DNA of 57,901 nucleotides from a virus (Duplodnaviria; Caudoviricetes): IMG/VR virus record IMGVR_UViG_3300047550_004781, positions 1 to 57,901 of that record; one strand, 5' to 3'. Shown piece by piece: positions 21,302 to 31,401 of this stretch (position 1 is its first letter; each line of letters starts with the position of its first letter). The notes under the pieces were generated by a model. It saw only the letters and a program-made list of their open reading frames with translations, ran no database searches and was not told where the DNA came from. The position numbers and the translations under genes were made by a program.

Positions 21302-21570
21302 TGGAAACATCCCTAATCCAATCTCTGTGCAAGGAATGCCGTGTTCGTCCTTGGCTTGTTTTCATGGAAATTTTGGGAACTGGGGCAAGCGTAATTGCTG
21401 CCCTAGTTCTCAGCCTGAATTTGATGCATATTTGGGCAGTGTATTGGTTATGGTTGATGGGTAGTTTGAGCCTTAGTTTGAGCAGTTGGTGGCGCAAAAA
21501 TCTATTGCTTTTGGCATTGATGGTCTACTACACTGTTCTCAATATTTTGGGATTGTGGAATTTTTCATGA
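21298..21570 (+). CDS. small membrane protein
   Basis: Three hydrophobic segments; stop overlaps the pol start (ATGA). Confidence 0.55.
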   Translation: MMETSLIQSLCKECRVRPWLVFMEILGTGASVIAALVLSLNLMHIWAVYWLWLMGSLSLSLSSWWRKNLLLLALMVYYTVLNILGLWNFS

Positions 21571-23816
21571 CATATGTGGATGCTTTTTTAAATAGGGACA
21601 AAAATACTGTGGACGTTGTGGAACGTGTGAATGGACGCAGGGTCTACAACAGTTATCCCAGCAGATATGTAACTTACTTCCCCAGTGTCAAAGGCAAATA
21701 CACCAGCATCTTTGGTGACAAACTGGACAAATATGAAACCACCAAACATGAAGATTTCCAACGTGAATTGCGTATGTTGCCCAAAGATCGTCAATTTGAA
21801 AGTGACATCAATCCCATCTTCCGTTGTTTTTATGACAATTACAAGGACTCACCAATTCCCAAATTACATGTGGCATTCTTCGATTTAGAGGTAGACTGGC
21901 ACAAAGATCGAGGATTCAGCAGCACAGAAGAGGCATTCAATCCAATCACCGCAGTTAGTGTGTTTTGTGATTGGTTGGACACCAATTTCACTCTTGTAAT
22001 CAAACCCAAGACCTACACTTGGGAACAAGCTACTGAAATATGTGACAAATTCGACAACACTGTGCTGTGTGAAGATGAAGCACAATTGATTGATGTGTTC
22101 CTCACATTGATTGAAGACGCAGACATACTCACAGGTTGGAATTCAGAGGGGTACGATATTCCCTATTTGCACAACCGTATTGTTCAGGTGCTCAGCAAAG
22201 AACACACCAAGAGGTTGTGTTTGTGGAACCGGTTTCCACGCAAAAGAGAATATGAAAGCTATGGCAAGCCCACTGTCACGTATGATTTGGTGGGCAGGGT
22301 GCATTTGGATTACTTGCAACTGTATCGCAAACATACCTATCATGAAATGCACAGTTATCGACTGGATTTTGTGGGCGAGTATGAGGTTGGAGAGAAGAAG
22401 GTGGCCTATGAAGGCAGCCTGGACAAACTTTACAATGAGGACTTTGAAAAGTTTATTGCCTATAACAGACAGGACGTCATGCTGTTGGTGAAAATTGATC
22501 GCAAGCTTCAATTTATCGAGTTGTGTAATGCGCTGGCACATGAAAATGGTGTGCTGTTGGCTACTACCATGGGCAGTGTGTTGTTGATTGACAATGCCAT
22601 CACAAATGAAGCTCACAACTTGGGTTTGATTGTGCCTATTCGAACTAGGGATCATCAACCTGACACAACTGATGATCATGAGGATGAGGACAGCGAGCCC
22701 AGAGGCATTGTGGGTGCATATGTGGCCGATCCAGTTCAGGGCATGCATGAATGGATTGGTGGTGTGGACATCAACAGTCTGTATCCCAGCACCATCCGTA
22801 GTTTGAACATGAGCAAAGAAACTGTTGTGGGTCAGATCAGGTCCACCAGCACTGATCGTTTGATCAATCATCGTATTCACAAAGAAAAGCGCAGTTTTGC
22901 TGACAGCTGGAACGAAATGTTTGGCACCTTGGAATACAACCAGGTGCTCAACAGAGAACTTGTGATGCTTACTGTGGATTTTGAAGATGGCACGACTGCT
23001 GAATTGAGTGGTGATGAACTCTATCAGTGGGTGTTTGAGAATCCCAAACGACAATTGACCATCAGTGCCAATGGTACTATTTTTGATGTGAGCAAGGATG
23101 GTGTTGTGCCAGGATTGCTGGCACGTTGGTACAAAGAGCGTAAAGAGATTCAAGCTGAAGCCAAAAAATACGCCAAGATGGCTGATGAGGAGACTGATGA
23201 CGCCAAGAAAGCAGAATACAAAGAATTGGCAGAATTCTACGACAGAAGGCAGTTGATCAAGAAAATTCTGCTAAATTCGCTGTATGGCGCAGTAGGCAAT
23301 TCTGCAAGTCTGTATTTTGATAATCGCATAGCTCAGAGCACTACACTCACAGGTAGATGTATTGTGAAACACATGGGCAGCAAAATAAATGAGGTCATCT
23401 CTGGGAATTATCACCACAAAGGGGATGCTGTTGTGTACGGCGATACAGATTCGGTTGCAGCAGATAGTATCGTTCGAACTAGCATAGGCGATAAGGCAAT
23501 CGAAGACCTGTTTATGGCCGGAGATGTATTTTGGCAGGAGGGTGATAAAGAGTATTCTCAAAATAAACACATAAAGGTGGTTAGCTATGACCATCAAAAG
23601 GAAACGGTCACACAATCGCCCTATCTTTATGTTTATAGACATAAGGTCAAAAAAAAGAAATATCGAATCACAACAGCTAATGGAAAAAGTGTTGTAGTAA
23701 CTGAAGATCACAGTATAATGGTTCTTCAAGATGGTATGCTTGTAGAGAAAAAACCAGCAGAGCTCACAAAGCATGATGTAATTGTTACCTCCCGCCGCGG
23801 AAAGCCAGGGTGCTAG
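21567..23816 (+). CDS. family-B DNA polymerase, N-terminal gene, fused to split-intein N half
   Basis: Exo motifs FDLEV, GWNSEGYD, YNRQD; pol motifs DINSLYPS, KILLNSLYG, YGDTD then intein SVAADS..VTEDHS; the last codons are read from the IS left end. Confidence 0.93.
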   Translation: MTYVDAFLNRDKNTVDVVERVNGRRVYNSYPSRYVTYFPSVKGKYTSIFGDKLDKYETTKHEDFQRELRMLPKDRQFESDINPIFRCFYDNYKDSPIPKLHVAFFDLEVDWHKDRGFSSTEEAFNPITAVSVFCDWLDTNFTLVIKPKTYTWEQATEICDKFDNTVLCEDEAQLIDVFLTLIEDADILTGWNSEGYDIPYLHNRIVQVLSKEHTKRLCLWNRFPRKREYESYGKPTVTYDLVGRVHLDYLQLYRKHTYHEMHSYRLDFVGEYEVGEKKVAYEGSLDKLYNEDFEKFIAYNRQDVMLLVKIDRKLQFIELCNALAHENGVLLATTMGSVLLIDNAITNEAHNLGLIVPIRTRDHQPDTTDDHEDEDSEPRGIVGAYVADPVQGMHEWIGGVDINSLYPSTIRSLNMSKETVVGQIRSTSTDRLINHRIHKEKRSFADSWNEMFGTLEYNQVLNRELVMLTVDFEDGTTAELSGDELYQWVFENPKRQLTISANGTIFDVSKDGVVPGLLARWYKERKEIQAEAKKYAKMADEETDDAKKAEYKELAEFYDRRQLIKKILLNSLYGAVGNSASLYFDNRIAQSTTLTGRCIVKHMGSKINEVISGNYHHKGDAVVYGDTDSVAADSIVRTSIGDKAIEDLFMAGDVFWQEGDKEYSQNKHIKVVSYDHQKETVTQSPYLYVYRHKVKKKKYRITTANGKSVVVTEDHSIMVLQDGMLVEKKPAELTKHDVIVTSRRGKPGC
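23451..23813 (+). other. split intein N-fragment (IntN, about 121 aa)
   Basis: Starts at Ser after YGDTD; block B TEDH; no C-terminal HN before the stop. Confidence 0.85.
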
Positions 23817-25074
23817 AGCCCCTGGATGGATAGCGGCTTTTTGAATAGATTATATAAATAGATTTATGAAACAGCGATATCGCTATAGGATTTATCCAAC
23901 ACCTGCTCAAGAACAACAGATGCGTTCTGTGGGCGGAGCAGTGCGATATCTATACAATCATTTCCTCAAGATCAACATTGATGAATATCAGTTGACCAAA
24001 AAGTTTGTTTGGCAGTTTGACATGTGCAAACAACTGACTGAATTGAAGAAACACAACAAATGGTTATCAGATACCTACAGTCAAGTACTACAACAGAGCA
24101 TAAGCGATTTGGATACAGCACTGAAAAATATCAAGAAAACAGGTGCTGGATTCCCACGGTTCAAAAGCAAATACACAACTCCTATAAGTTTTAGATATCA
24201 ACAAAACGTGAGAGTTGACAACAACAAGCTATATCTACCCAAGATTGGTGATATCAAGATTGTACTCCATCGAGATCTTCCCAAGTTCAAAGGCGTGACT
24301 GTCACCCAAACACCACGTGGTTGGTATGCCTCATTTGTGGTTGATGTCTTGGAACTGCCATGGGTTCAAAACATAACCAATCCAGTGGGGGTGGATGTCA
24401 ACAGCAAATTCACAGCACTATCAACGGGTGAGCTAGTTGCAAATCCCAAGCCATTGGTGAAAAAACAAGCACGTATCCGACTGCTACAACGCAAACTATC
24501 CAGAAAACAAAAAGCAAGTAGAAATAGAACCAAAGCAAAAACAAGACTGGCCCGAACCCATGATCTGGTTCGCTGCCAAAGACTGGACCATATACATCAG
24601 ACAAGTGCGAGAATAGCCAAATCGCATGACCTGGTGTCAGTTGAAACACTGAAAATTGATGAGATGAGACGCAAGAGCAAGCCCACAGCCAAGTGCATCG
24701 CAGATGCTGGTTGGGCTATGCTGGCTGGTGCGTTGGCCTACAAGTGCCAAAGGCAAGGCCATCATCTTGTCAAGATCAATCAGTGGCTACCCAGTAGCAA
24801 GACCTGTAGTGCATGTGGCACCCGCAAAAGTCACATGGATCTCAAGCAAAGAGAATATCCTTGTGATCATTGCGGAATAACTCAGCACAGGGACACTAAT
24901 GCAGCCATCAATATTCGCAACTGGGGACATCAACAATGGACACTAGATCATGCAGGGCAGGAACTGCCCCAAGCGCCTGTGGATGTGATCACAGATATTC
25001 TCGCCAATTGGGGTGAGATATCAGCCAGCACGATGAAGCAGGAAGCCACAGCCCTTTAGGGCGTGGTAGTTCAC
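23789..25074 (+). mobile_element. IS1341-like element (tnpB only), copy A
   Basis: Follows TTAC; LE with AAAG + hairpin CCAGGG..CCCTGG; RE GAAG-CCACAGCCCTTTAGGGCGTGG-TAGTTCAC; homologous copy at 56816. Confidence 0.92.
23866..25059 (+). CDS. tnpB: TnpB RNA-guided nuclease
   Basis: RYRIYP, GVDVN / VETL / HRDTNAAINI, Zn finger; TATAAATA at 23853-23860. Confidence 0.95.
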   Translation: MKQRYRYRIYPTPAQEQQMRSVGGAVRYLYNHFLKINIDEYQLTKKFVWQFDMCKQLTELKKHNKWLSDTYSQVLQQSISDLDTALKNIKKTGAGFPRFKSKYTTPISFRYQQNVRVDNNKLYLPKIGDIKIVLHRDLPKFKGVTVTQTPRGWYASFVVDVLELPWVQNITNPVGVDVNSKFTALSTGELVANPKPLVKKQARIRLLQRKLSRKQKASRNRTKAKTRLARTHDLVRCQRLDHIHQTSARIAKSHDLVSVETLKIDEMRRKSKPTAKCIADAGWAMLAGALAYKCQRQGHHLVKINQWLPSSKTCSACGTRKSHMDLKQREYPCDHCGITQHRDTNAAINIRNWGHQQWTLDHAGQELPQAPVDVITDILANWGEISASTMKQEATAL

Positions 25075-25094
25075 GACGAATCCGGTTATGCCAA
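24950..25094 (+). ncRNA. predicted omegaRNA (scaffold + guide GACGAATCCGGTTATGCCAA)
   Basis: TnpB omegaRNAs overlap the tnpB 3' end and RE, with the guide from the right flank; 5' boundary approximate. Confidence 0.65.
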
Positions 25095-25599
25095 ATGGCT
25101 TGAATACAATAAGGAAAAATCCAAATCATCTAAAGTTGATTGGGTTATGGAGAAATTTGGCGTGGATCATGATCAAGCTTTAGAAATCATTGCAGCAAGA
25201 TATAAATCAAGATATACTTCACAGGCGGAACAGACATTTATCGACATGTTCGAGCATGCACTTGGTGAGTCGATACAATACAGTGTCAAGAATAAACAAT
25301 TTTGCATCTGGAACCCTTACCTCAATACCCCGTGTTTTTATGATATTGCTGACTCTAAACGGAAAAAAATTATTGAGTTCAATGGGGATTACTGGCATTG
25401 CAACCCAAGTAAGTATGCTGCCGATCATGTTTTGCGTCACACCGGAGCAACAGCCAAGCAAATTTGGGAAAGAGATTATCTCAAAAAGAAAGCGGCTTTG
25501 AATAAAGGCTTCAAAATTAAAATTGTTTGGGAAGGCGACTTTCAAAACAATCATGAAAAAATCCTAAAGGAGTGTGTAGAATGGTGGAACGAGAGCTAA
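25075..25599 (+). pseudogene. 5'-truncated Vsr/PD-(D/E)XK-like homing endonuclease
   Basis: SQAE..FYDI..IIEFNGDYWH..RD..K..GF..KIVWE; no native start, the ORF begins at the IS right end. Confidence 0.75.
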
Positions 25600-26597
25600 C
25601 AACCATAGATCAAATAGAATGCCTTGGCGAATTTGAGGATGAATATGTATATGATATTGGAATTGATGCGCATCATCCATACTTCTTTGCCAATGACATT
25701 TTAGTCCATAATTCAGTCTACTTCTCAGCATATCCTGTGATGAGCAAACTGGAAGAATTCAAGGATTTTGAATGGAGCAAGGAAGCCATTGTGCAACTGT
25801 ATGACCAGATTGCAGACATTACCAACGATAGCTTTCCTGAATTTATGAAACAGGCATTCAATGTGCCCGAACATAAATGTGTTATCAAAGCTGGTAGAGA
25901 ATTGGTGGCCAGCAAGGGTTTGTTTATTACCAAAAAACGGTATGCAGTTTTGATATACGACAAAGAAGGCAAACGCAAGGACTTGGATGGCAAGCTTGGT
26001 GAAATCAAGGCCATGGGTCTGGATCTCAAGCGCAGTGATACTCCCAAACCTGTGCAGGATTTTTTGAGTGATGTGTTGGTGTCAGTGTTGACTGATGCAA
26101 CCAAACAACAAGTGTTTGACAAGATCAAGCAGTTCCGTGCTGAATTTGCCAGCTGGCCCAGTTGGTCCAAAGGCACTCCCAAACGTGTGAACAATCTTAC
26201 CATGTATGGAGACATCAAACGCAATCAGGACGGCCTCAAGGATGTGTTCAGTAACAGGGGCGATGCCAAAAAGAAAACTATTCCAGGTCACGTGTTGGCC
26301 AGCCTAAACTACAACAATCTACGTGAAATCTACAACGACAACACCAGCATGCCCATCCAGGATGGATTCAAGGTAATTGTATGCAAATTGCGCAGCAATC
26401 CATTGGGCTTGACCAGTATTGCCTATCCGGTGGACCAACTTATCCTACCACAATGGTTCAAGGATTTGCCTTTTGACGATGAACTCATGAGTGAGACTTT
26501 GATTACCAAAAAGGTGGAGAATTTGTTGGGTGTGCTCAATTGGGATCTAAATGAAGCTCGAAACAATGAAAGTTTCGATCAACTGTTCACTTTTTGA
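25581..26597 (+). CDS. split-intein C half (44 aa) fused to the C-terminal part of the family-B DNA polymerase
   Basis: RBS AAGGAG at 25567-25572; YVYDI..FFANDILVHN|SVYF; KKRYA, KAMGLDLKRSDTP. Confidence 0.92.
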   Translation: MVERELTTIDQIECLGEFEDEYVYDIGIDAHHPYFFANDILVHNSVYFSAYPVMSKLEEFKDFEWSKEAIVQLYDQIADITNDSFPEFMKQAFNVPEHKCVIKAGRELVASKGLFITKKRYAVLIYDKEGKRKDLDGKLGEIKAMGLDLKRSDTPKPVQDFLSDVLVSVLTDATKQQVFDKIKQFRAEFASWPSWSKGTPKRVNNLTMYGDIKRNQDGLKDVFSNRGDAKKKTIPGHVLASLNYNNLREIYNDNTSMPIQDGFKVIVCKLRSNPLGLTSIAYPVDQLILPQWFKDLPFDDELMSETLITKKVENLLGVLNWDLNEARNNESFDQLFTF

Positions 26598-26657
26598 CAA
26601 ATTGCAATGATTCATGGGCTATATAGTTGACCCCTATGAAAAAAAGGAAACAAAATT

Positions 26658-26954
26658 ATGATCTCCCGTCTTAAGAATTGGGTTCGCACACTCATTTATG
26701 GCCATCAACCTACAAGTGTTGTTGTTGAACCATCAGGAGTGTATGTACCTCCTCATCCTATGAACCCTATTGTTGTTCAACCTTCCCCATCCAACACATC
26801 TGTTGCACCCATGGAAACTCCCCCAACAACTCCAACAGTCAAGACAAAGCGCCTCAAGACTTCCAGGAAGTCGCAGCCTGCTGATCAAGACAGTGGGAGC
26901 AAACCCAAGGCTACAAGAAAGCCCAAAAAAGTTGACACTGCCTCAATTCCCTAA
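26658..26954 (+). CDS. Pro/Lys-rich hypothetical protein
   Basis: 98-aa ORF with RBS; low-complexity basic tail. Confidence 0.5.
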   Translation: MISRLKNWVRTLIYGHQPTSVVVEPSGVYVPPHPMNPIVVQPSPSNTSVAPMETPPTTPTVKTKRLKTSRKSQPADQDSGSKPKATRKPKKVDTASIP

Positions 26955-26991
26955 TATATAGGACCTATACTATTAGCAAAGGTCCTATGTT

Positions 26992-27798
26992 ATGGATGAT
27001 CTAGGTGATAGGCTCAAAGCCTATGAAACCCAAGAAACTTCCCGGAAGCTACTTCCGGGGGTTCCTGTTTATGCCAGGATAGATGGTAGATCATTCTCAA
27101 AGTTTACAAGAGATATGATCCGTCCATTTGACTCAAGACTGCATGACGCTATGGTTAGTGCTACACAACACTTGGTTGATCAATCTGGTGCAACTATCGG
27201 TTACACTGCCTCCGATGAAATCAGCCTGGGTTGGGCCTTGACTGATCACATGAGTCAAATGCTGTTTGATGGCAAGCTGCACAAACTTCACAGCGTGTTG
27301 GCCAGCATGGCAACTGTGGCATTTGTTAGAGCTGTTGCAGAAAACTTTGAGGATGCGGACAAATGGTTGGACAAAATGCCGCATTTTGATGCACGGGTGA
27401 TGAGTGTGCCCAACTTGGATGAGCTGGCCAACTGCTTTCTATGGAGAAATTGGGACTGCACGAAAAATTCCATCAGCATGGCAGCCAGCCACTTTTATAG
27501 TCACAAAGAACTGGATGGCAAAAATTCAGCACAAAAGCAGGAAATGATGTGGCAAAAGGGCCAGAATTTCAACGATTACCCCTCAGAATTCAAGCGCGGA
27601 ACATTTGTTCGACGCAGGAAGATCCAGCAAGAATTCAATCCAGCTGCGTGGGCCTTGATCCCGCTGGCACATCGTCCTCCATTGGATGAATTACTGCTGA
27701 GAACCCAAACCGTCAGCTATGATCTCCCTCCTTTGAGCAAGATCAACAACCGCGTAGAAGTTTTGTTTGACGACGCTGAGCCTAACAGTCTAAGCTAG
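26992..27798 (+). CDS. tRNA(His) guanylyltransferase Thg1-like protein
   Basis: RIDGRSFSKFT, SDEISL, FDAR, WR..DC..NSI. Confidence 0.9.
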   Translation: MDDLGDRLKAYETQETSRKLLPGVPVYARIDGRSFSKFTRDMIRPFDSRLHDAMVSATQHLVDQSGATIGYTASDEISLGWALTDHMSQMLFDGKLHKLHSVLASMATVAFVRAVAENFEDADKWLDKMPHFDARVMSVPNLDELANCFLWRNWDCTKNSISMAASHFYSHKELDGKNSAQKQEMMWQKGQNFNDYPSEFKRGTFVRRRKIQQEFNPAAWALIPLAHRPPLDELLLRTQTVSYDLPPLSKINNRVEVLFDDAEPNSLS

Positions 27799-28022
27799 CC
27801 AACTCCGCTCAGGATTAATTGGCAACAGCACATGCTCTATCAAAAGAGAATGAGACTGATAGAGCATGGCAAAACCACAAGAACTGTAGAGATTGGAAGT
27901 TTTGGCACAACAATGAATGGAAATCTCTAAACTATGGCAGTTGTCCCGATGCTCACTACACAAGTTGTTTTTGTTGTTCCACAAGACTATACTTGCGATA
28001 GTTTTCAACCCAAGGATCAACA

Positions 28023-28232
28023 GTGAGCACAACCAAGAAAGCAACCTCCAAGTATCATACTGCCCAAGAACTCAAAACTCTCTTTGAAGCTTTGAACTCA
28101 GCCCCCAGCTATCTCAGCAAGAGATTCATTTTGCTGCACATGCTGGGCTGGGATGAAGACAAACTGCGACTCAACATGCAACTGGTAGAGCAAGAAAAAG
28201 ATCTTGCACGCATGGGCAAAACTGGCATTTGA
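28023..28232 (+). CDS. hypothetical protein
   Basis: 69-aa ORF with RBS-like AAGGA upstream. Confidence 0.4.
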   Translation: MSTTKKATSKYHTAQELKTLFEALNSAPSYLSKRFILLHMLGWDEDKLRLNMQLVEQEKDLARMGKTGI

Positions 28233-28289
28233 CATAGTGTCTACAGCCTATCACACTAACAAACAAGAATTTCAACAAGGGAACCATTT

Positions 28290-29042
28290 ATGGCCACAAT
28301 CAATATCAAGGATATCACACAGGATATCGTCAAAAATGCAGTCAGCACTGGCTTTTTTGATAAGATCAAAATCACAGCTGGCAAAAAATCCACCACAATC
28401 GAAGCCCTGGAAGGCAACAAGCAGGTTATTCTCAAGGGCGCAACACTCAATGCAGTGGACGGTTGGGATGGTGAATTTGGCTTGGCCAATCTCAGCTTGC
28501 TGAGCTCAATTGTCAATGACAGTGAATATGCACACAAAGACAGTGTGCTGGAAATGCAGTATCAGCAAAAGGGTGGTATTGATGTTCCCAGCGAGCTGCA
28601 CTATACAAACAAAAGCAAGAGCTTTCTAGCCTATCGTTTTGTCAGCAAGGATCTGGTTCCTGATCAGCCCAAATACAATGAACCACCTTGGGATGTGGTG
28701 ATCAAGCCCACCAAGAGTGGTATTCAGCAGTTCAATTGGGCAGCCAACAGTCTCAGCACTTATGAAAATTGCTTTATCCCCAAGACTGTGGATGGCAACC
28801 TCAAGTTCTTTATTGGTGAGGAAAACGGTGCCAACCAACGTGGTGGTGTGGTTTTTGCACACAATGTCACAGGTGATTTTGACAGCACATTCAAGTGGCC
28901 TATCGCACTTGTGAGCACCATCCTCAAGCTAGCAGACAGTGCAGACACTGAAATGAAGTTCAGCGTCAAGGGTGCAATTCAAATCGAGATCAACACTGGT
29001 CTTGCATCCTACAAATTTGTATTTCCTGCCCGAAGCAAATAA
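28290..29042 (+). CDS. putative DNA polymerase sliding clamp (gp45-like)
   Basis: 250 aa, alternating alpha/beta pattern, clamp-like C-terminus, near pol; followed by a terminator. Confidence 0.55.
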   Translation: MATINIKDITQDIVKNAVSTGFFDKIKITAGKKSTTIEALEGNKQVILKGATLNAVDGWDGEFGLANLSLLSSIVNDSEYAHKDSVLEMQYQQKGGIDVPSELHYTNKSKSFLAYRFVSKDLVPDQPKYNEPPWDVVIKPTKSGIQQFNWAANSLSTYENCFIPKTVDGNLKFFIGEENGANQRGGVVFAHNVTGDFDSTFKWPIALVSTILKLADSADTEMKFSVKGAIQIEINTGLASYKFVFPARSK

Positions 29043-29047
29043 CACAT

Positions 29048-29072
29048 TTGGGGCGCTAGATGCGCCCCAAAC
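29048..29072 (+). terminator. hairpin terminator
   Basis: TTTGGGGCGC-TAGAT-GCGCCCCAAA followed by CTTT. Confidence 0.6.
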
Positions 29073-29090
29073 TTTCTCGAGGATAATAGT

Positions 29091-29630
29091 ATGAGTGTGG
29101 AAAATGAACGCAAATTATTGTTGGATGTCAATCGTGCCAACGAACTGTTGATTCAATTGCGCAAATGCACTGACGTGAAACTGTTTGATGTGACCCAAGG
29201 CTATTTGAATGGTGCAGGCAGAATCCGCCATATTGTTCCTCACAAACAATCACAAACAAATGCTGAAACCTATCTGTTCACCTACAAGGCGAGAGTGCAG
29301 GGCAGTGTGGTAGAAATTGAAACAGAGATCAGAACTCATGACTACCAAAAATTGTTTTTGATTGCCCATCCTTGGTTGGTGAAAACTCGTGCCAAATTCC
29401 AAGATGGCAATTATACTTGGGATATTGATTTCTTCCGCACTCCCAAACAGGGCACTATCTATCTTGCCATGGCTGAAGTGGAAATGCCAGAATTTGAAGT
29501 AGATTGCCCTGATATTCTGCCTATTCTGCAGGCATATGCTGTGAAATGGATTGACAATGGCGACAAGAGATTCAACAACAAAAATCTCTGCAATGCCAAA
29601 AAGGTTGCCAAAATCCTAGCCACATTTTGA
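29091..29630 (+). CDS. CYTH-domain protein
   Basis: ENERK N-terminal motif, KTR, WDIDFF, AEVE. Confidence 0.75.
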   Translation: MSVENERKLLLDVNRANELLIQLRKCTDVKLFDVTQGYLNGAGRIRHIVPHKQSQTNAETYLFTYKARVQGSVVEIETEIRTHDYQKLFLIAHPWLVKTRAKFQDGNYTWDIDFFRTPKQGTIYLAMAEVEMPEFEVDCPDILPILQAYAVKWIDNGDKRFNNKNLCNAKKVAKILATF

Positions 29631-29899
29631 AAGATTGTTCAATGAAAAAAATCCGGCCACCACTCAACAGTCCCAGATTGATTTGTGAGGAATGCAAAAA
29701 TATTGCTCCCGCCCATGAGAAATGGGCTAACGACAATCAAGGGCAAGTGTTTTTGGTGGAAATGGACATGTGGCCCACCTACTACCAAGATGTGGCTGGT
29801 ATTAGAGTGGAATTTTGCAGTTGTCTATGCGGTACAAAATGGCTGCAAAAAAAGAGGACTGAGCCTTGATTTATATACTACAATTGACTATGTTTAAAC

Positions 29900-30295
29900 A
29901 TGACAAACAAGGAGTTTTCTATTATGGTTGATCCTATTCGGATGATCTATGTGACCTTTCAACGTGAAGGTATCCATCGTTATCCAGCAGCTGGTACAGA
30001 TCCAGCACTGGAACAAGTAAATTTTCTTCAATTTCCGCACCGCCACCTGTTCGTGTTCAAAGTAGGAATTGGTGTAAAACATTTGGACCGTGAAATCGAG
30101 TTCATCCTGTTCAAGCGTTGGCTGGAAGGTCTGTATGGTGACGGTACTCTACAACTGGATTTCAAGAGCTGTGAAATGATAGCTGAGGATCTATATGCAG
30201 CCATCAACGCCAAATATCCAGGTCGCACTGTGAGCATTGATGTGAGCGAAGATGGCGAGAATGGCGCTTGGTTGATGTGGAAGGCAGAATCCTGA
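29900..30295 (+). CDS. QueD/PTPS-like (T-fold) protein
   Basis: EGIH..HRHLF..DREIEF..SCEMIAEDL..VSEDGENGA; deazaguanine gene context. Confidence 0.65.
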   Translation: MTNKEFSIMVDPIRMIYVTFQREGIHRYPAAGTDPALEQVNFLQFPHRHLFVFKVGIGVKHLDREIEFILFKRWLEGLYGDGTLQLDFKSCEMIAEDLYAAINAKYPGRTVSIDVSEDGENGAWLMWKAES

Positions 30296-30297
30296 TC

Positions 30298-31392
30298 ATG
30301 AATATCCTACCAAATATTTGGGTATTTGGATTGGAGCCACTGGACAACCGTTATACGGCCCAGTGGCACACCAATATTCCGCAAGAATTAGCCAACAAGG
30401 CCAGCAATCAGGCAAATATTTGCTCAATTAATGGTGTTCAAACATCCAGCAATACCACATCTGGTGCATTTTTGAATTTCAGTGATACCAATCGTTGGAA
30501 GAGCACACAGTTGGTGGAATTTCTCAACAAAATGGATGCTGGATTGACCACTCCAAATGATGTGTTTCTGTTTACAGATGCTTGGAACCCCGTGATCCTA
30601 CAAATCAAATATATAAATGATCTGTTAGGATACAATTGGAAGATCCATGGGCTATGGCATTCTGGAGCCTACGACCCCACTGACATCCTAGGCTACAAAA
30701 TGGCCAAGCCTTGGCCCTGGGAGTTTGAGCGCAGTGTATTCCATGCTTGTGATACAAACTGGTATGCCACAGATTTCCACAGACAAATGTTTTTGCGTAA
30801 CTTGGGAATTGCTCAAGAGTTTCATCACAAGTCACAACTGAGTGGGCAACCACATGGCAGCATTGTAGAGCACATGAAGAAGGCAGCTGCCAACACCGCA
30901 TCCAAACAGGGAGTTGTGTGGCCACATCGCTACAATGATGACAAACAACCTCAGATTGCTGAAGATCTGAGTGCTGCCATGCAATTGCCCTGGTGCATTA
31001 CTCAAAAGCTTGATCTCAACAAGCATGACTATTATCAACAGTTGGCGAACAGCCAAGTGATTTTCAGTTGCAGTTTGCATGAAAACTTGGGCATCAGTAT
31101 CATGGAAGCTGTTTTGGCAGATGTGATTCCTGTGCTGCCCAACAGGTGCTCCTATAGTGAGATGTATGCTGATGATTTCCTTTATCCCAGTGAGTGGACT
31201 GCCAACTATGAAAATTTTCAAGAGCACAAACAAAAGTTGGTGGATTTTATCCAATATCGTTTGGATCATCCCAAGAAATTCAACCGCCAACTGGCCAAAC
31301 AGAAGAAAGTGCTGCTGCAACGATATCTTTCAGCTGATGTCATGTTTGACTCTATCGTGCAAGATATTGCAAACTCAACTCAAACCATATAA
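30298..31392 (+). CDS. GT-B (family 1/4-like) glycosyltransferase
   Basis: PHR..DKQP, HENLGISIMEA (ExxGxxxxE), LPNRCSYSEM. Confidence 0.75.
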   Translation: MNILPNIWVFGLEPLDNRYTAQWHTNIPQELANKASNQANICSINGVQTSSNTTSGAFLNFSDTNRWKSTQLVEFLNKMDAGLTTPNDVFLFTDAWNPVILQIKYINDLLGYNWKIHGLWHSGAYDPTDILGYKMAKPWPWEFERSVFHACDTNWYATDFHRQMFLRNLGIAQEFHHKSQLSGQPHGSIVEHMKKAAANTASKQGVVWPHRYNDDKQPQIAEDLSAAMQLPWCITQKLDLNKHDYYQQLANSQVIFSCSLHENLGISIMEAVLADVIPVLPNRCSYSEMYADDFLYPSEWTANYENFQEHKQKLVDFIQYRLDHPKKFNRQLAKQKKVLLQRYLSADVMFDSIVQDIANSTQTI

Positions 31393-31401
31393 GATTTGTA
31401 T

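Noticed and set aside
20185-23153. Long antisense ORFs (e.g. 20185-20988, 22143-23153)
   Set aside because: They are shadows of real plus-strand genes and have no motifs or RBS.
23789-25074. IStron (group I intron + IS) that would splice out and restore a continuous pol ORF
   Set aside because: Only 77 nt precede tnpB, too little for a ribozyme core. Precise removal leaves a stop at 25181, and the downstream half has its own RBS and IntC.
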